Assembly: GCA_051362555.1 (NCBI GenBank)
Contig: CM120647.1
Location: 14,360,651-14,424,650, forward strand
Length of the DNA stretch: 64,000 nt
Reading direction: 5' to 3'
From: Lingula anatina
Taxonomy: Eukaryota > Animalia > Brachiopoda
Under the pieces are notes generated by a model. The model saw only the letters and a list, made by a program, of their open reading frames with translations. It did not search any database and had not been told where the DNA came from. How positions within the stretch are numbered: the stretch's first letter is position 1; each line of letters starts with the position of its first letter. Shown one piece after another: positions 13,424 to 25,033 of this stretch. The position numbers and the translations under genes were made by a program.

Positions 13424-13613
13424 ATGGCTTCATTTAGAACACTATCAGCACTGTTGCTGCTGGCTCTGGCAAACCTCGGTTGCGTCTTTTCTTGCTCCTG
13501 CATATCACGTGACCCTGAAGACTGGTGGATATTTTGGAGCGGGGCGCCAGTTACAACCGATTCCAAATGGGGCCCATACGACGATTACGAATGCAGGGGA
13601 GATTTTGATTTTG
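13424..13613 (+). CDS. TIMP: TIMP-like (NTR domain) metalloproteinase inhibitor, coding exon 1 (signal peptide + CSC N-terminus)
   Basis: tttag|gATG; MASFRTLSALLLLALANLGCVFS|CSC...C..DFDF; donor TTTG|gtaagt (phase 1). Confidence 0.8.
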
Positions 13614-15068
13614 GTAAGTTTGAATTGAGCATCAGTTTGGATTTGGACATATGTATAATGTATTTAATATGTGATACGACCAACAGTGAATTGGGTATCT
13701 CACCATGATGTCAAAGGCGGATACAAACAGCGAGAGAGGGTTTGTGAGGTTTCATCACGAGCACGCAAACATTTACTCGGACATAAGCACAAAAAAATTA
13801 AAAAGTTAGATATTTCGCACAGTTAACGTTGTGGACAGTGCTGCTGATCATAGTCAAGGTCAGCCAGAGCCTGGTTCTGTCTACTGGTGTTCTAAGTACG
13901 CCCAGCATTGTCCTCCCCCCCCCCCCCCACACCTACCCAGTACCTTATGGCGGGCATGCTTTCCGCATGAAAAAAAATTGCCACAAGTGTATGCTTTTCA
14001 TTTATTCTTCTACTTTTAAAATATTTGTTTTCTTTTTATCTGCCATCCAAGTATCATTTCTTAAACCTTATTAAACATTTTGTTTTTCTATATACACTAT
14101 ACTTTCGTCTGGTAGCTTGGTGTTTTAATCTATTTATGCATAACTCCGGTCTTTGGGTCAACACACTGTATAACAACTGGCGTGTCAATGCACTCTGCCC
14201 GCTATTTGACTTCTCCAGGCAACGTGTGGACCAAGAATAGAGTTACGTTAAACTATCGCATTTTGGATTGGACGTTAATTAAAAACAAAAACAGGTGAGT
14301 GTATCGATAAGTCACTTGAACGCCACTGCGTAATCCCATACTAGCAAATAATATATTAATAACATGAACTGAGCTTTTAATTTCCGTAGTGTATCGGGAA
14401 ACCTTCGAACTTAACAAACAGTGATATTAATACAATAACGTGGTGTGACACCAGGGCAAGCTGTGTTATGTCACTGACCCGTCAGTACAGGTATTATTTT
14501 GTAACTTTACCGTCATATCGATTGTGTTTGGGTGGTTTCTTTTTCTTTATTCAGTCTTTATATTTCTACTCTCAGTCAAGTAATGAATACTTTATTTACA
14601 GTATAAGCGAATAATATATTTTTGTTGTATTATCCTATTAATAACACTTTGTTTATTGATTTGTTTGTTTTAATAATCGTTATTCTTACCATTTCAACCC
14701 ATATGTCTGTGTATTGTGGTTACTCCACACAAACTGTTATTATTATTGTTATTATTATTATTATTATAACCTCCTTCATCTCACTCTTCTCCATCTTTTA
14801 AGCCCGTTTCCCCCAGTGCAATACTATAGGAACACATTTCACAAAACTATCGATCTGTTGAGCAGTGTTTCTCAGTGCTTTAGTTGAAACCGGGCAATTG
14901 TGTTGAGCCAAAAAAATGTCGATACATGTATATACATATGTCAGTGAGTATAATATTCTGTTTATTTATTTTGTTTGAGTATTATATTTTTGTTTATTTA
15001 TTTTGTAATCAGCTTAAAAACGTCTGTGAAACAGATGGTATAATATATCATTATCCGTTATTAAACAG

Positions 15069-15190
15069 TTGTAAAAGCCGAGGTCATCAAGTACGTTCAC
15101 CAGCACAGACAGGGGGAGGAGGAGCCAGCGCCACCAGAGATACAACTACCTGACGCTATGTACAATGTGAATATTCAGGACGTGTTTAAG
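15069..15190 (+). CDS. TIMP: TIMP-like coding exon 2
   Basis: ttaaacag| acceptor; (V)VKAEVIK...MYNVNIQDVFK matches TIMP VIRAKV...Y.IK..KMFK; donor aag|gtatc (phase 0). Phases join exon 1 exactly. Confidence 0.82.
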
Positions 15191-15528
15191 GTATCAGCAC
15201 ATACCTATAATTAAGTGGGTCCGATTATTATTATTATTTATTATTATTATTATTAACGATCGTTGTTGTTGTTGTAGTTTTTATCATTAGTATCTTGTTT
15301 TATTTATTTTAATATTAATATTATTATCGTAATTATAAGTATTATGTTATTATTTCATTTTTTTATCCGTATAACTCACGTCATGTCACATTGCAAGCAA
15401 CCAGTGCTTCTGTCTCGATGGCAAGTTAATTACTTTTTAAGTACTCGCAGCTGCATTCTTCTGCCAGAACCGCAAACTATTTTAATGCGAATTCGATGAT
15501 GTTAGAAGTCCATGTTACCATATTTTAA

Positions 15529-15852
15529 CTTGGATTCAGCAGATAATAATAATTGGATGTTTGTTCTGCAATTTTGTGGCAATTAACAATAACAGTCCCC
15601 TCTCGATAAAATTTGTTACATAATTAGTCGCTTTATTTCCCAGTGGATAAGTTGCGCCAAGTTACATTGCCGAATTCATTTATCAGTTTGAACTGCATAG
15701 GCATGCTAAAACTATTTTAAATGCAATTTTATACTTATCCACTGGGAAATAGAGCGACAGATTATGTAACAAATCGAGAGGGGACTTTTATTGTTAATGC
15801 CACAAAATTGCGGAACAAACTTCCAATTATTATTATCTGCTGAATCCAAGCT
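15529..15852. mobile_element. Palindromic MITE (~120-bp inverted arms, TTAA-flanked, Kolobok-like) in TIMP intron 2
   Basis: cttggattcagcagataataataattgg...cccagtggataagt (15529-15652) is the near-perfect reverse complement of 15733-15850. TTAA on both sides. Confidence 0.75.
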
Positions 15853-16200
15853 TTAAAACATAAGACTTCGAATGAAATTCTTAAGAACCAATGTAGCTCT
15901 TTAAGACAGGTGTAATATGTTCTAGCTTTTGGTGTTGTTTTTATCTTTTCTTTACTAATCTAGCTGCTCAATGAGGAATTAGGCATTGGGGTAATAAGAG
16001 CATGAACTTACTTTGTGGTTGTTTATATATCAATTACGAATCTTGCCCAATCTCCACAGTGAAAAAGGTGCTGACTTACAAATATTGTTAATTTGCTTTT
16101 CAAAAAATACCGGCTGAATCAAACAAATACACCTTGATCTCTCATACTAGAAGATGGTTTCACAGACACATCAGCAATACGAACGTTTATCTTCTTACAG

Positions 16201-16309
16201 AGCACAAAGAAGTTCGATGTCGTTCCTGACTAGAGCAGGGTGTACGTAGGCCGCACACAGTCTTCTTGTGACGTCAAACTACGGGAAAGTGAGGAGTATT
16301 TATTAAGAG
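16201..16309 (+). CDS. TIMP: TIMP-like coding exon 3 (in-frame TAG at 16231-16233)
   Basis: cttcttacag| acceptor; STKKFDVVPD*SRVYVGRTQSSCDVKLRESEEYLLR matches TIMP iyT...ssCG..L....eYLi.G; donor aga g|gtatgc (phase 1). Confidence 0.78.
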
Positions 16310-16604
16310 GTATGCTAGGGAGAAGAGGAAGAGGGGGACATGGAGCGTATTTGGCAACTCCATCTCCGTTTTACCATTTGAAAATCAATTACTCGTTATC
16401 CTGCACACTCAACTATTGGAGCAAAATTATTTATTTATTTATTATTTATTGAATTGTGTATTGATATATTTGTGCTTATTCATTTGTTCATTTACTTGAT
16501 TGATTGTTTATTTATTTATTTGATTGTTTATTTGTGTTTCAGAAAAAAGTTTGTCGAAGCATCTGTTTCATTATTATTATTATTATTACCATTATTATTA
16601 TTAG

Positions 16605-16738
16605 GGCATGTGCGTGGCGGTCGCCTGCTTCTCCCAGGCTTCTGTAGCTTTGGAAAGCCGTGGGGTCTCGTGAAGTCTAAAAGGCAGGAATACCTGAGAG
16701 AAGAAGGCTGCGACGGTCGTAAGGAAGTCAGAAATTGA
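16605..16738 (+). CDS. TIMP: TIMP-like coding exon 4 (ends after the N-terminal/NTR domain)
   Basis: attag| acceptor; GHVRGGRLLLPGFCSFGKPWGLVKSKRQEYLREEGCDGRKEVRN* matches G....G.l.i..C.f..pW.......l....gC. Spliced CDS 555 nt, six mature Cys. Confidence 0.78.
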
Positions 16739-17403
16739 GAAAGTGTAAATAAAGGAATTGCGTGGGATCGTAAGGAACAAGGATAAGACGGACATTGTTC
16801 AAAGGACAGGCGTTCGATTAATTGCTTATTGATCGATAATTTATATAACCGTTTATGTATGTATAGCTCTGCTTATCATGCATTTTCAATATAATCAAAC
16901 AAAAATACTTAATCCAATACGCCCTGTCTGATTTGTTTTTATTTTACTAAGAACTATAATACATTTCAAGCTTATAGAGATCAGAAATAAAAAATAAATA
17001 AAAAGCAATTTGGCAGATTATAAAAATAACTTTTCAGAATAACCATTCCTTTTCTCAAATATAGCAACATGCTTTATGGTGACAAATTTTATAGTGACGT
17101 AATAAAACGTTAGGATAATGCTGAGTGAAAACGTAGATCTACAAATTTCTAATGACTTAAAGCTGCAAGTTCTTATTTACGTTACGTTATTTATGTTCAT
17201 TTTTTTTCTTGTGGTTTTAGGGGGTGAATCATTTTACGTCTTCTTAAAGGAAGTGTTCTGTTATAAAATCCATATCCCAAATCATGAATGAACGAAAAAA
17301 ATTGCCTTTGGTATACCAGGTCCTTTTACATTTTAAGTGTTTTCTGCCAACATTACATGTGCACGTAAGAGTTAAACGAAGCAATGCAATTTGTCTAAAT
17401 TGA

Positions 17404-18570
17404 CTACGAGCATCGACTGGGACGGTCAGTAGTCTTCGGTGTAAAATGAAGAGCGTGGAGTTCATGGGTGGAAGTTGAAACTGGACGATTCCTTCGGCGA
17501 AGACTGGACATTATCCTAAAGTAGCCTTCTTGCACTTCGGAAAGCCGCAACCCGTACACTACAAAGTCACAGATTGGGTTCAAGAGGAAGAGAAGATTGC
17601 TGATGCGATGGGCGAGAAGGGACTCGCTCGCCACTGGACCTGGGTGCCTCCATGTGATGAATAGTGCGTCCAAAATCCCCGGCGTCCAAAATACAATGAG
17701 GGTACCAACAAGCAGACCAATGGTAGTGCTTAGTCGCTTTTTCTGCTGGACAGCTCTCGCGCTTAATGGCGGTGCCTGGCATGGAGCCTCGGAATGAAGT
17801 TTGTGGCCCTCGGTTGTGTTGAACTCACTAGCATCTGCCAGTGACACCGAGGCTATCAACTGTTTCCGTGCGACGCGATACGTCAAACACAACATGGAGC
17901 ATGTGAAAATAGAGAAGATGACGAAAATAACAGCGAACATCGGTGCACGAATAGCGAGATAGTTTTCAAAATAATTATCACACACGTGAATGCAGTGACA
18001 CGTGACCGAGGTATCGAAGTGGTGTGTAGGCTTTGCCGCGATGTGCAGAGCCACTGCAACAGTGAAAACTAAGCCCCATGATGCAGAAATAAGGGCAAAC
18101 GCCTTTCCCTTTGTCACCGTAGTTTGGTACCTCAATGGTGCCAACACTGCAACATATTGGTTGATCACAATGGCCACGGTAGCAAACAGCGGAAGCAAGT
18201 GCGATACGTAGGAGAGTTCAATAATCGTATAAGCTACGCACAACTCTTCATACGTCGTACCGGCGTAAATATGGATTCCGGTTCCGACTAGAATGAAGGC
18301 GTCCAACGTCATATCAGCGATGGCAAGGTTCATAAGCAAAATGTGCAAAGGCTGAAAGGGTCGCTTCCCGTAGATTAGCGCAAGGAGGGACAGGGCACCT
18401 GCCAAAAAGCCCACCCCGGCCAGAGTGTGACCGGCGATGAAGAAAGCTGTGTTCGACTCGTCTCCGTAACCGGTCGTAAAGTTCTCCATTATCGCTGCTA
18501 TGTTGCGCTTTTCGACAGTAATTCTTATGCTCACGTTGGGAAAAACTGTCATTGTTTTCATACCAGCCAT
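17404..18570 (-). CDS. Intronless class A (rhodopsin-like) GPCR, divergent orphan
   Basis: Seven hydrophobic segments; LMNLAIAD (TM2), INQYVAVLAPLRY (NQY for DRY), FWTPG (TM6), NPICDFVVYGLR (TM7). Likely start either 18570 or ATG 18489 (MENFT, N-glycosylation site). Confidence 0.88.
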   Translation of the reverse strand: MAGMKTMTVFPNVSIRITVEKRNIAAIMENFTTGYGDESNTAFFIAGHTLAGVGFLAGALSLLALIYGKRPFQPLHILLMNLAIADMTLDAFILVGTGIHIYAGTTYEELCVAYTIIELSYVSHLLPLFATVAIVINQYVAVLAPLRYQTTVTKGKAFALISASWGLVFTVAVALHIAAKPTHHFDTSVTCHCIHVCDNYFENYLAIRAPMFAVIFVIFSIFTCSMLCLTYRVARKQLIASVSLADASEFNTTEGHKLHSEAPCQAPPLSARAVQQKKRLSTTIGLLVGTLIVFWTPGILDALFITWRHPGPVASESLLAHRISNLLFLLNPICDFVVYGLRLSEVQEGYFRIMSSLRRRNRPVSTSTHELHALHFTPKTTDRPSRCS

Positions 18571-20977
18571 GAGTCCAAATAACTAAAATGCTGCTCAGGG
18601 TTTGTGCAGGATAATTTGCTGCTATATATGCTACACCCCTGTAGTATTTATAGAACCGAAGGGCATAATCTCACCTTACCCATTGAATCGTCTGCAATCT
18701 CTAGATCTGGAGAATAATACGGAAATTAATCCACGAAAAAAGTCCATCGGAATTTTTGTAATCCCTTCTGTGTATTAAGCATTCTCTTGTACACTGAAAC
18801 CCACAGGACTTTGCAACTTTGAGCATTGTTTGCCGCCCTGGGCTTTTTTTATCTGAAATGAGTCACGCAATCCAGTTGTCTATTTTATATAATGCTTCCA
18901 TTGAATTTCACCAGCAGAAACTTATTGTTAGTTTGGTAGTCCTGTTACCCCATATAATATTTCCAATATCAGAGGCGACACTATTTTCTCTTGTGAGCCA
19001 TTCAAACTGCTATCAAATATAATCAAATCCTTGATAAGCCTACTGGTAATAACATTACATCCTTACTGTTCAAAACGTATTTCCTCTTATCTCATTTCTC
19101 TTTCCAATAATATTCTCTGACATATAAGAGAAAAACAGCTTTATGAAGGCGGCACTATTCCTGGATGTTGTAAGTTAAGGAGATTCCAAGATACAAATAC
19201 ACATGCTAGATACACATCATCCTGAAGTAGGTGTTAAAAAGGTTAAACCAATTCCGAATCATGTCACTGTTCATCAAGTTCCAATAATATTCGATGCACT
19301 GGCATCAACGAAAGCCCGGTTAAAAGGAATAGCTCCCACTAGTCCTGCTAGTATACAATTTGCTAAGTCACTAAATATAGAAGACTAGAAATCGGCTACT
19401 TCCATAGCCGACGCTTACCTTATTAATGCCAGACTGATTAATGTTTCAAATAACTTGTATCCGCAGATTTAGTTCCTTGGCAATGCCCCAGTTGGCTTTG
19501 TCCGCTGCAGGCAGATTTTGCGTTAATGTCTTTATTGAAGCAGCGTCCCTTCTTTGGCTGGTGGGTTGAATTGATTCTGGTAGTCGCACTTAATGACTCA
19601 GGGAGAGACATTAAGCTGCAGGTCTACTTTGACCGTGACAGAGCTCTCTTACACAACCCTAGTTCCTCTTTTCCTAGTGTGAACATCCGGTTTTTCGGAG
19701 TGTAAATGCAAACATATGGAATAGTAGTAGTTTTCACCCGGGATGCTGTCGCTTTATACACTTGACTACTTGTACTTGCACTTCCGCAGTACGTTAGAAT
19801 CCACTTGCTATTAAAAGTATTTGAATACTTGAACTTAATTATACTTCCCATCTTCGGTGAATTTCAGGGAGACGGCACACAAGACATAACCCTGCATGAA
19901 TACCAGAGGAATGACGATGCCGCTTAGAGCATCATTATGTCCAAGAGTAGAAGGCAATTATTTCCTCACTGGTTTAACTTGAAAAACTAAACTGTACAGA
20001 TCCTTGTCACCTAATATTAAAAACAGAAACAATTTCTGCAGGTTTTTAAAAAACACAATGAATTCATACAAGAAAAGCGAATACAAGGACAAACAAATAT
20101 TTTAAACATTGCATGCGGATTGGATGACATAAATTCCACGTGCTCATGTCGTGAAATAGATTACTGCCAAACAAATCAAGACAATGACTTAATGTTTTCA
20201 CGTGGGACGTACTACATGTACGTGCGCAAAGCAATGCGATATCATTATGAGTGTGCGCCCATACGCAGGCAAAAAATGCTTCCAGTTTGAAATTCGGTCG
20301 AAGGAACATTGCATTTTCTACGAAATGAAGAGCAGGGCACCGAGCAACGCACGTGTCCCAGAAATGAGAAAATTTACTAATGATACAAAGTGAAAAGCAA
20401 CTACTCATGTCTCATAAATATTTCACGGTTTACATGGCACCTGCATGCATCATTCATCAAACGCTTATTACATTCTAGGAAAATCTCAACCAGCGTGGCA
20501 TATACTACATGATGTTTAATTATCATTTTTTAAATATATTTGAGAATTAACAATTCCGTTTGAACCAGAAGTTAATCATACTCAGGGTACAATAAGTGCG
20601 GATTGAACCAGACTTGATTGAGGATGTCATTAATCACCGTGGTCGGATTCCAGAAGGATTTCTAATTTAGAAAAATAATAGCTCATTTCATGGCTAATCA
20701 CCCCGTCTGATTATTGTAGTCCCCTTAATTAACGTTGACCACGGTTTGGGTGATTGGTGATTCCAGCTTTCCAAATGCGAGACAGAATCATAGTATATGC
20801 GGTTACAGTTTGGTCATTTAAAATCCGGCCATTGGCTCCAATATTGGAACCAGGTACTGACACCCTTCAAAGATCTATTTGGAAACACGCGCAGCTTTGA
20901 AAACCTAAGAATCATCACAGCATGGTATTCTTCGCAGGCTTTACCGACTCGTTGCTTTCATGATATAGTCATGTGTA

Positions 20978-21083
20978 CCCGGCAAACACATGGCGTAATA
21001 AGAACGCTACTATGACGTTTATGTGTCCAAAAACGCTATGAAAACGTTATGGAAACGTTACACAACACTCTGTGTTTGATGAG
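20978..21083. mobile_element. Short MITE, CMC/EnSpm-like (CCC terminus, TA flanks)
   Basis: ta|cccggcaaacaca...tgtgtttgatgag|ta with internal aacgtta-type subrepeats; resembles 41355-41452. Confidence 0.5.
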
Positions 21084-21420
21084 TATTGAGATCCCACATC
21101 GTCTGTTGCCACTGGATATATATTCAACGGTTAATTACCATTTGTTGCAGTCTTACCCCTTTCTGTATGTAACGATTACTAAGCCTTGGAAAACATATTT
21201 ATTACGATATAAACGAGCAGTCTAACTGGTCAGATATTTACGCTGTTTGTCAACTGATCGCGATTCCTTCGGCCGTTCAGCCAGTCCACAAAAAAGAGTA
21301 ATCTACCAGCTGACATTAAGATAGCATTTACATATAAAAAAAAAGATCAAAGAAAGTGAAATATCACAACTGGACCCCATGTGAATGTTTCTTTTTTGTT
21401 TGCCATTGTGTATCGATTTA

Positions 21421-21645
21421 CATCAAATCTGACGACATTTAATTTGATGAGAAACTCTGGAAACATGCTGATTCCGCCCCAAGGTGGGATTTTATTTCTG
21501 ATCAAAATCTGCTACCTTATTCAGACGAACACCTTTTCAACATCAATTAACATCAAATTTGACGACATTTGATCTGATGAGCGAAGCTGGAAACATGCTG
21601 ATTTCGCCACAAGGTAGGATTTTATTTCTGATCCAAATCTGCTGC
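21421..21645. repeat. Two-copy ~130-bp direct repeat
   Basis: catcaaat(c/t)tgacgacattt...ggaaacatgctgatt...ggattttatttctgatc.aaatctgct at 21421 and 21551. Confidence 0.8.
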
Positions 21646-24627
21646 CGCATTCATGGTGGCAAATTTTCTGGTTAATTTGATCGCTGAAGAGCTGTTTGTG
21701 TCTCAGATGATTGGATAAAGTCTCGAGAGTGAAGGAGTCGGTTTCATCCAGTTCTGCTCATAAGCGTTGATTTTGTTTGTTCTGAAGATCAGATAAACAT
21801 CAGCGTTAACTTTAAGAGCATTTGCACGATCAGGCATGTTACCATATTTATACTTTTTCCATCTTTCGTATATAAACCGCACTATAACTGACGCTACACA
21901 AAAGTAGCTTTGCCTATATCCAACTAAGAAAAAGAACAGATGATTATCATCTTTTCACTATTATGTTGAAGGACAAAGTCTCCCGGTTAATCTCACATGT
22001 ATTTTAGGAAAAGAAATGCACAAAAACGTAACATCAGCTTTCAAAGTCAAACAGCACACTTAATCATAAAATACCGATTAATTAATTTTTGGGAAAGTTC
22101 AGGAATTTTTATTTAGCACATATAAATAAATTCTGTCCATAAAAAAACGAGATCTTAAATCTAAATGTCTAATTCTACCGTAATTGTAATTCTACCTTAC
22201 TTACGAGAGACACTCGACACTAGAACCTAAGACCTCAAAAATGGGTTCGTATGTCTGAATTTTTTCAACGGTATTGGACATAGTTATTAAGGGAAAATCT
22301 CAGGGAAATATATATGCTTGCTAAATAAACGCCCAACAGCCATAGTGTTCTTTTGAACTCACTTGCCACTCAGACAGGTTGCATCCTCTACATCATTCAT
22401 CTTGGCGCTGCAATTGCCCAGAGGTGATACTAGACACAGGAATGAGCCATTATCAAGGGTTTCTATTTCTGCCCGGTAATGAAGTTACTTCTTCAGTCAG
22501 TCAATAGCTTTGATAAGTTGAGCTGAGGCTCATTAAATGTTTGCGAAGGCTTTATTGCCGTTCGATTGATATGACTCCGGACTTTCTGCCGGGTTTCATC
22601 ACTTATCTAAGTCAATGAATCGAGATTAATCTCATCCACGCGGCAGAGAAAATGGTAAAAGAAATGTCGTTGAATTACTGAAATTGCATTTTTACCCTTT
22701 AATGTATATATTGTGTAATCACTTCTAATTTTTGTCAACTCATTTAAAAGACAAAAGGTCGTCAGGAGGTAGGGTGTTTTTGATTATTTATAAACATTTT
22801 TTCTGTCCATTAATGTATTCTATATACAGGTAAATATGACCTTCGAAATTTTCAAACTGCGTCAAAAAAGCAATACGAGAGTCACTATGAATTCTAGTTT
22901 TTCATGATATCCTGATAGGATGATAAATTGTAATTATTCTTTTTTCCCACAGGGAGCTTTTAAGAATTTAAAAATGGTGATTTCGCAGCCGTTTTTGACT
23001 GATGTTATTTATTATATTAGTAAGTGTAGTCATACTACACGTATTTCCAGCTAGTGATAATGTACAGGGATAAATGGTAATAAATAAATAAATGAATGAA
23101 TAAATGATAAAAAATAAATGAATAAAAATGAAAATAACACAAATTAATAGCAACAAAATTGCATACAAATATACATGTGCATCACCATTTCATATGCATA
23201 TAAATATGCATAAGCATTATCATTTCACATGCATATGGAGTTTTTCATTATCATAAGCTAGGTGCGGTTTTAAATAAAAATAGTACTATTCTATCAGTAC
23301 ACTACGAGCTGCAGCAGTACATCAGTACTGAGTAAGACACCATTGTTCTCATTCCAAACTAACACAAAATAAAGGTGTCAGATATTGGCATATTGGCAAA
23401 TATTCCTTTTATTAAATGCTGTAGCGGAGTATTCATCATTTCGTTCCACGTTTATGTTTCTTTTGAAGTACGGTGTGCCTGGGTAATTATAATTATCATT
23501 ATGACACGGTTAGACCATTTGATGCATCATATACCTTAATAATCCAAACAGTTATCACAGCAATGACGGGAAATGACATACGAAAGTCTTTCTCTGGTTT
23601 TCCACCATCAACATCGAGATAGTACCATAAACTTGCAGTGGCGGAGGGAGTCGGGGGGGGGGGAGGGGTTTGACAACCTCCCCCCCTTTCGATTTCTGAA
23701 AAAAATACACCAGTTGTCCCCTCTTGAATTTATAACTTTGACTAGCTGAATCATAGTTCTAAACAGTACCAAATGGCACCGTTCGCCGTCTAAATTACCC
23801 AAGATTTTCGGGGCATTTCGGGGGGGCCCGAGTCCCACAGCCGGTGGGGGGGGGGAGGTGAGGCGAGGGGTGGCTTCACATCCGTGGCCTGTCATTCCTA
23901 AAAAACGGACCCCATTCAAATAATCTTGGATCGGCCCCTGAACTTGGTCCTTTGACAGTCCATATTTTCTGTGTTTATAATTGGGGAAAAAAGGAAAAAT
24001 TAGGCCGTGGTTAGATATCGTAAACTTTTTTTTTTCACAAAAGCACTTAACCACTGGTCTTAGGAAATTATGGTCAGAATCTTAGTCGGTCCAGGGTTAG
24101 TTTCGAAAGGGTTCTATTGGTCGCTATTTATCTTATACATTTTCATTTATTCACCATATTTATTGATACTTAGATTTAACCAAAAAGTCTCCTTTTTGTT
24201 GAAAAATATCAAACCATTGCCACATACACGTACATGTATTTGTTTGACCAAGGAGTTAACTGCTAGTACGTGGTTTGACTGCCTAGAAAACAGATTCTTG
24301 TTCCTGAAAGAAGTTTACAGTTACAACACAAAAATCGATAATCTTAAGCATAAGCCATCTTTACAAAATAATCAGATAATAACTGCATACTTGGTATTTT
24401 CCGGAATCTCAGTTATGGCAATAAAACGTCAACAAGCTGTCTACTTTGGTTTTGATTATGACACACGCTTGCGCACTGTTGATCGGTTATTCGCTCACTG
24501 AATGCCGTTATATCAGTACATGTATTTGTATATGGTTTATGATTGATTCAGTTTTGTCGGTATATGATAAGTCTTACAGGTTTTGGCCAATGATAAACTC
24601 AGAAGTGATTACTACTCATTTATTTAA

Positions 24628-25002
24628 CCCTCAAGAGACCGAGCTATTTTATTGACTGAAATGACCAAGTGGGGTCATCTATGACCCCATTGTGCTCTGT
24701 ACAGGGATCCTTATTATAAAAGGCTGGTTGGGGGTTTATCACACCTATACTACTCCCTGTATTTAAGACATGTGTTTTATAATGATTTAATGTAATAAGT
24801 ATTTGGTAATAATACTTTTATTGCAAGAAATAACCAAACAGATTTTAAGAACAACATTACGTTTATTTAAACAGTCCTTGTCAGTTCCCACTTGCAAAAA
24901 CATTTTTTTTTTGCCACACTAAATGAAAATGTATATTATGAAAAATAAATTTGAGTAAAATTACATTGAGCTAGCATCCTGCTAACGTCAAAAAAAAAAA
25001 AA

Positions 25003-25033
<31 letters not shown>

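Noticed and set aside
13424-16738. TIMP nested in a synapsin intron (the conserved arrangement in many animals)
   Set aside because: No synapsin exons recognised on the opposite strand in this window.
17404-17406. Genome-wide reassignment of TAG to a sense codon
   Set aside because: This receptor appears to end normally at TAG after a plausible C-tail, and none of the long intact ORFs contains internal TAGs.
18750-19900. Possible very decayed LINE reverse transcriptase on -
   Set aside because: Only faint motif-like fragments; could not reconstruct diagnostic motifs by eye.
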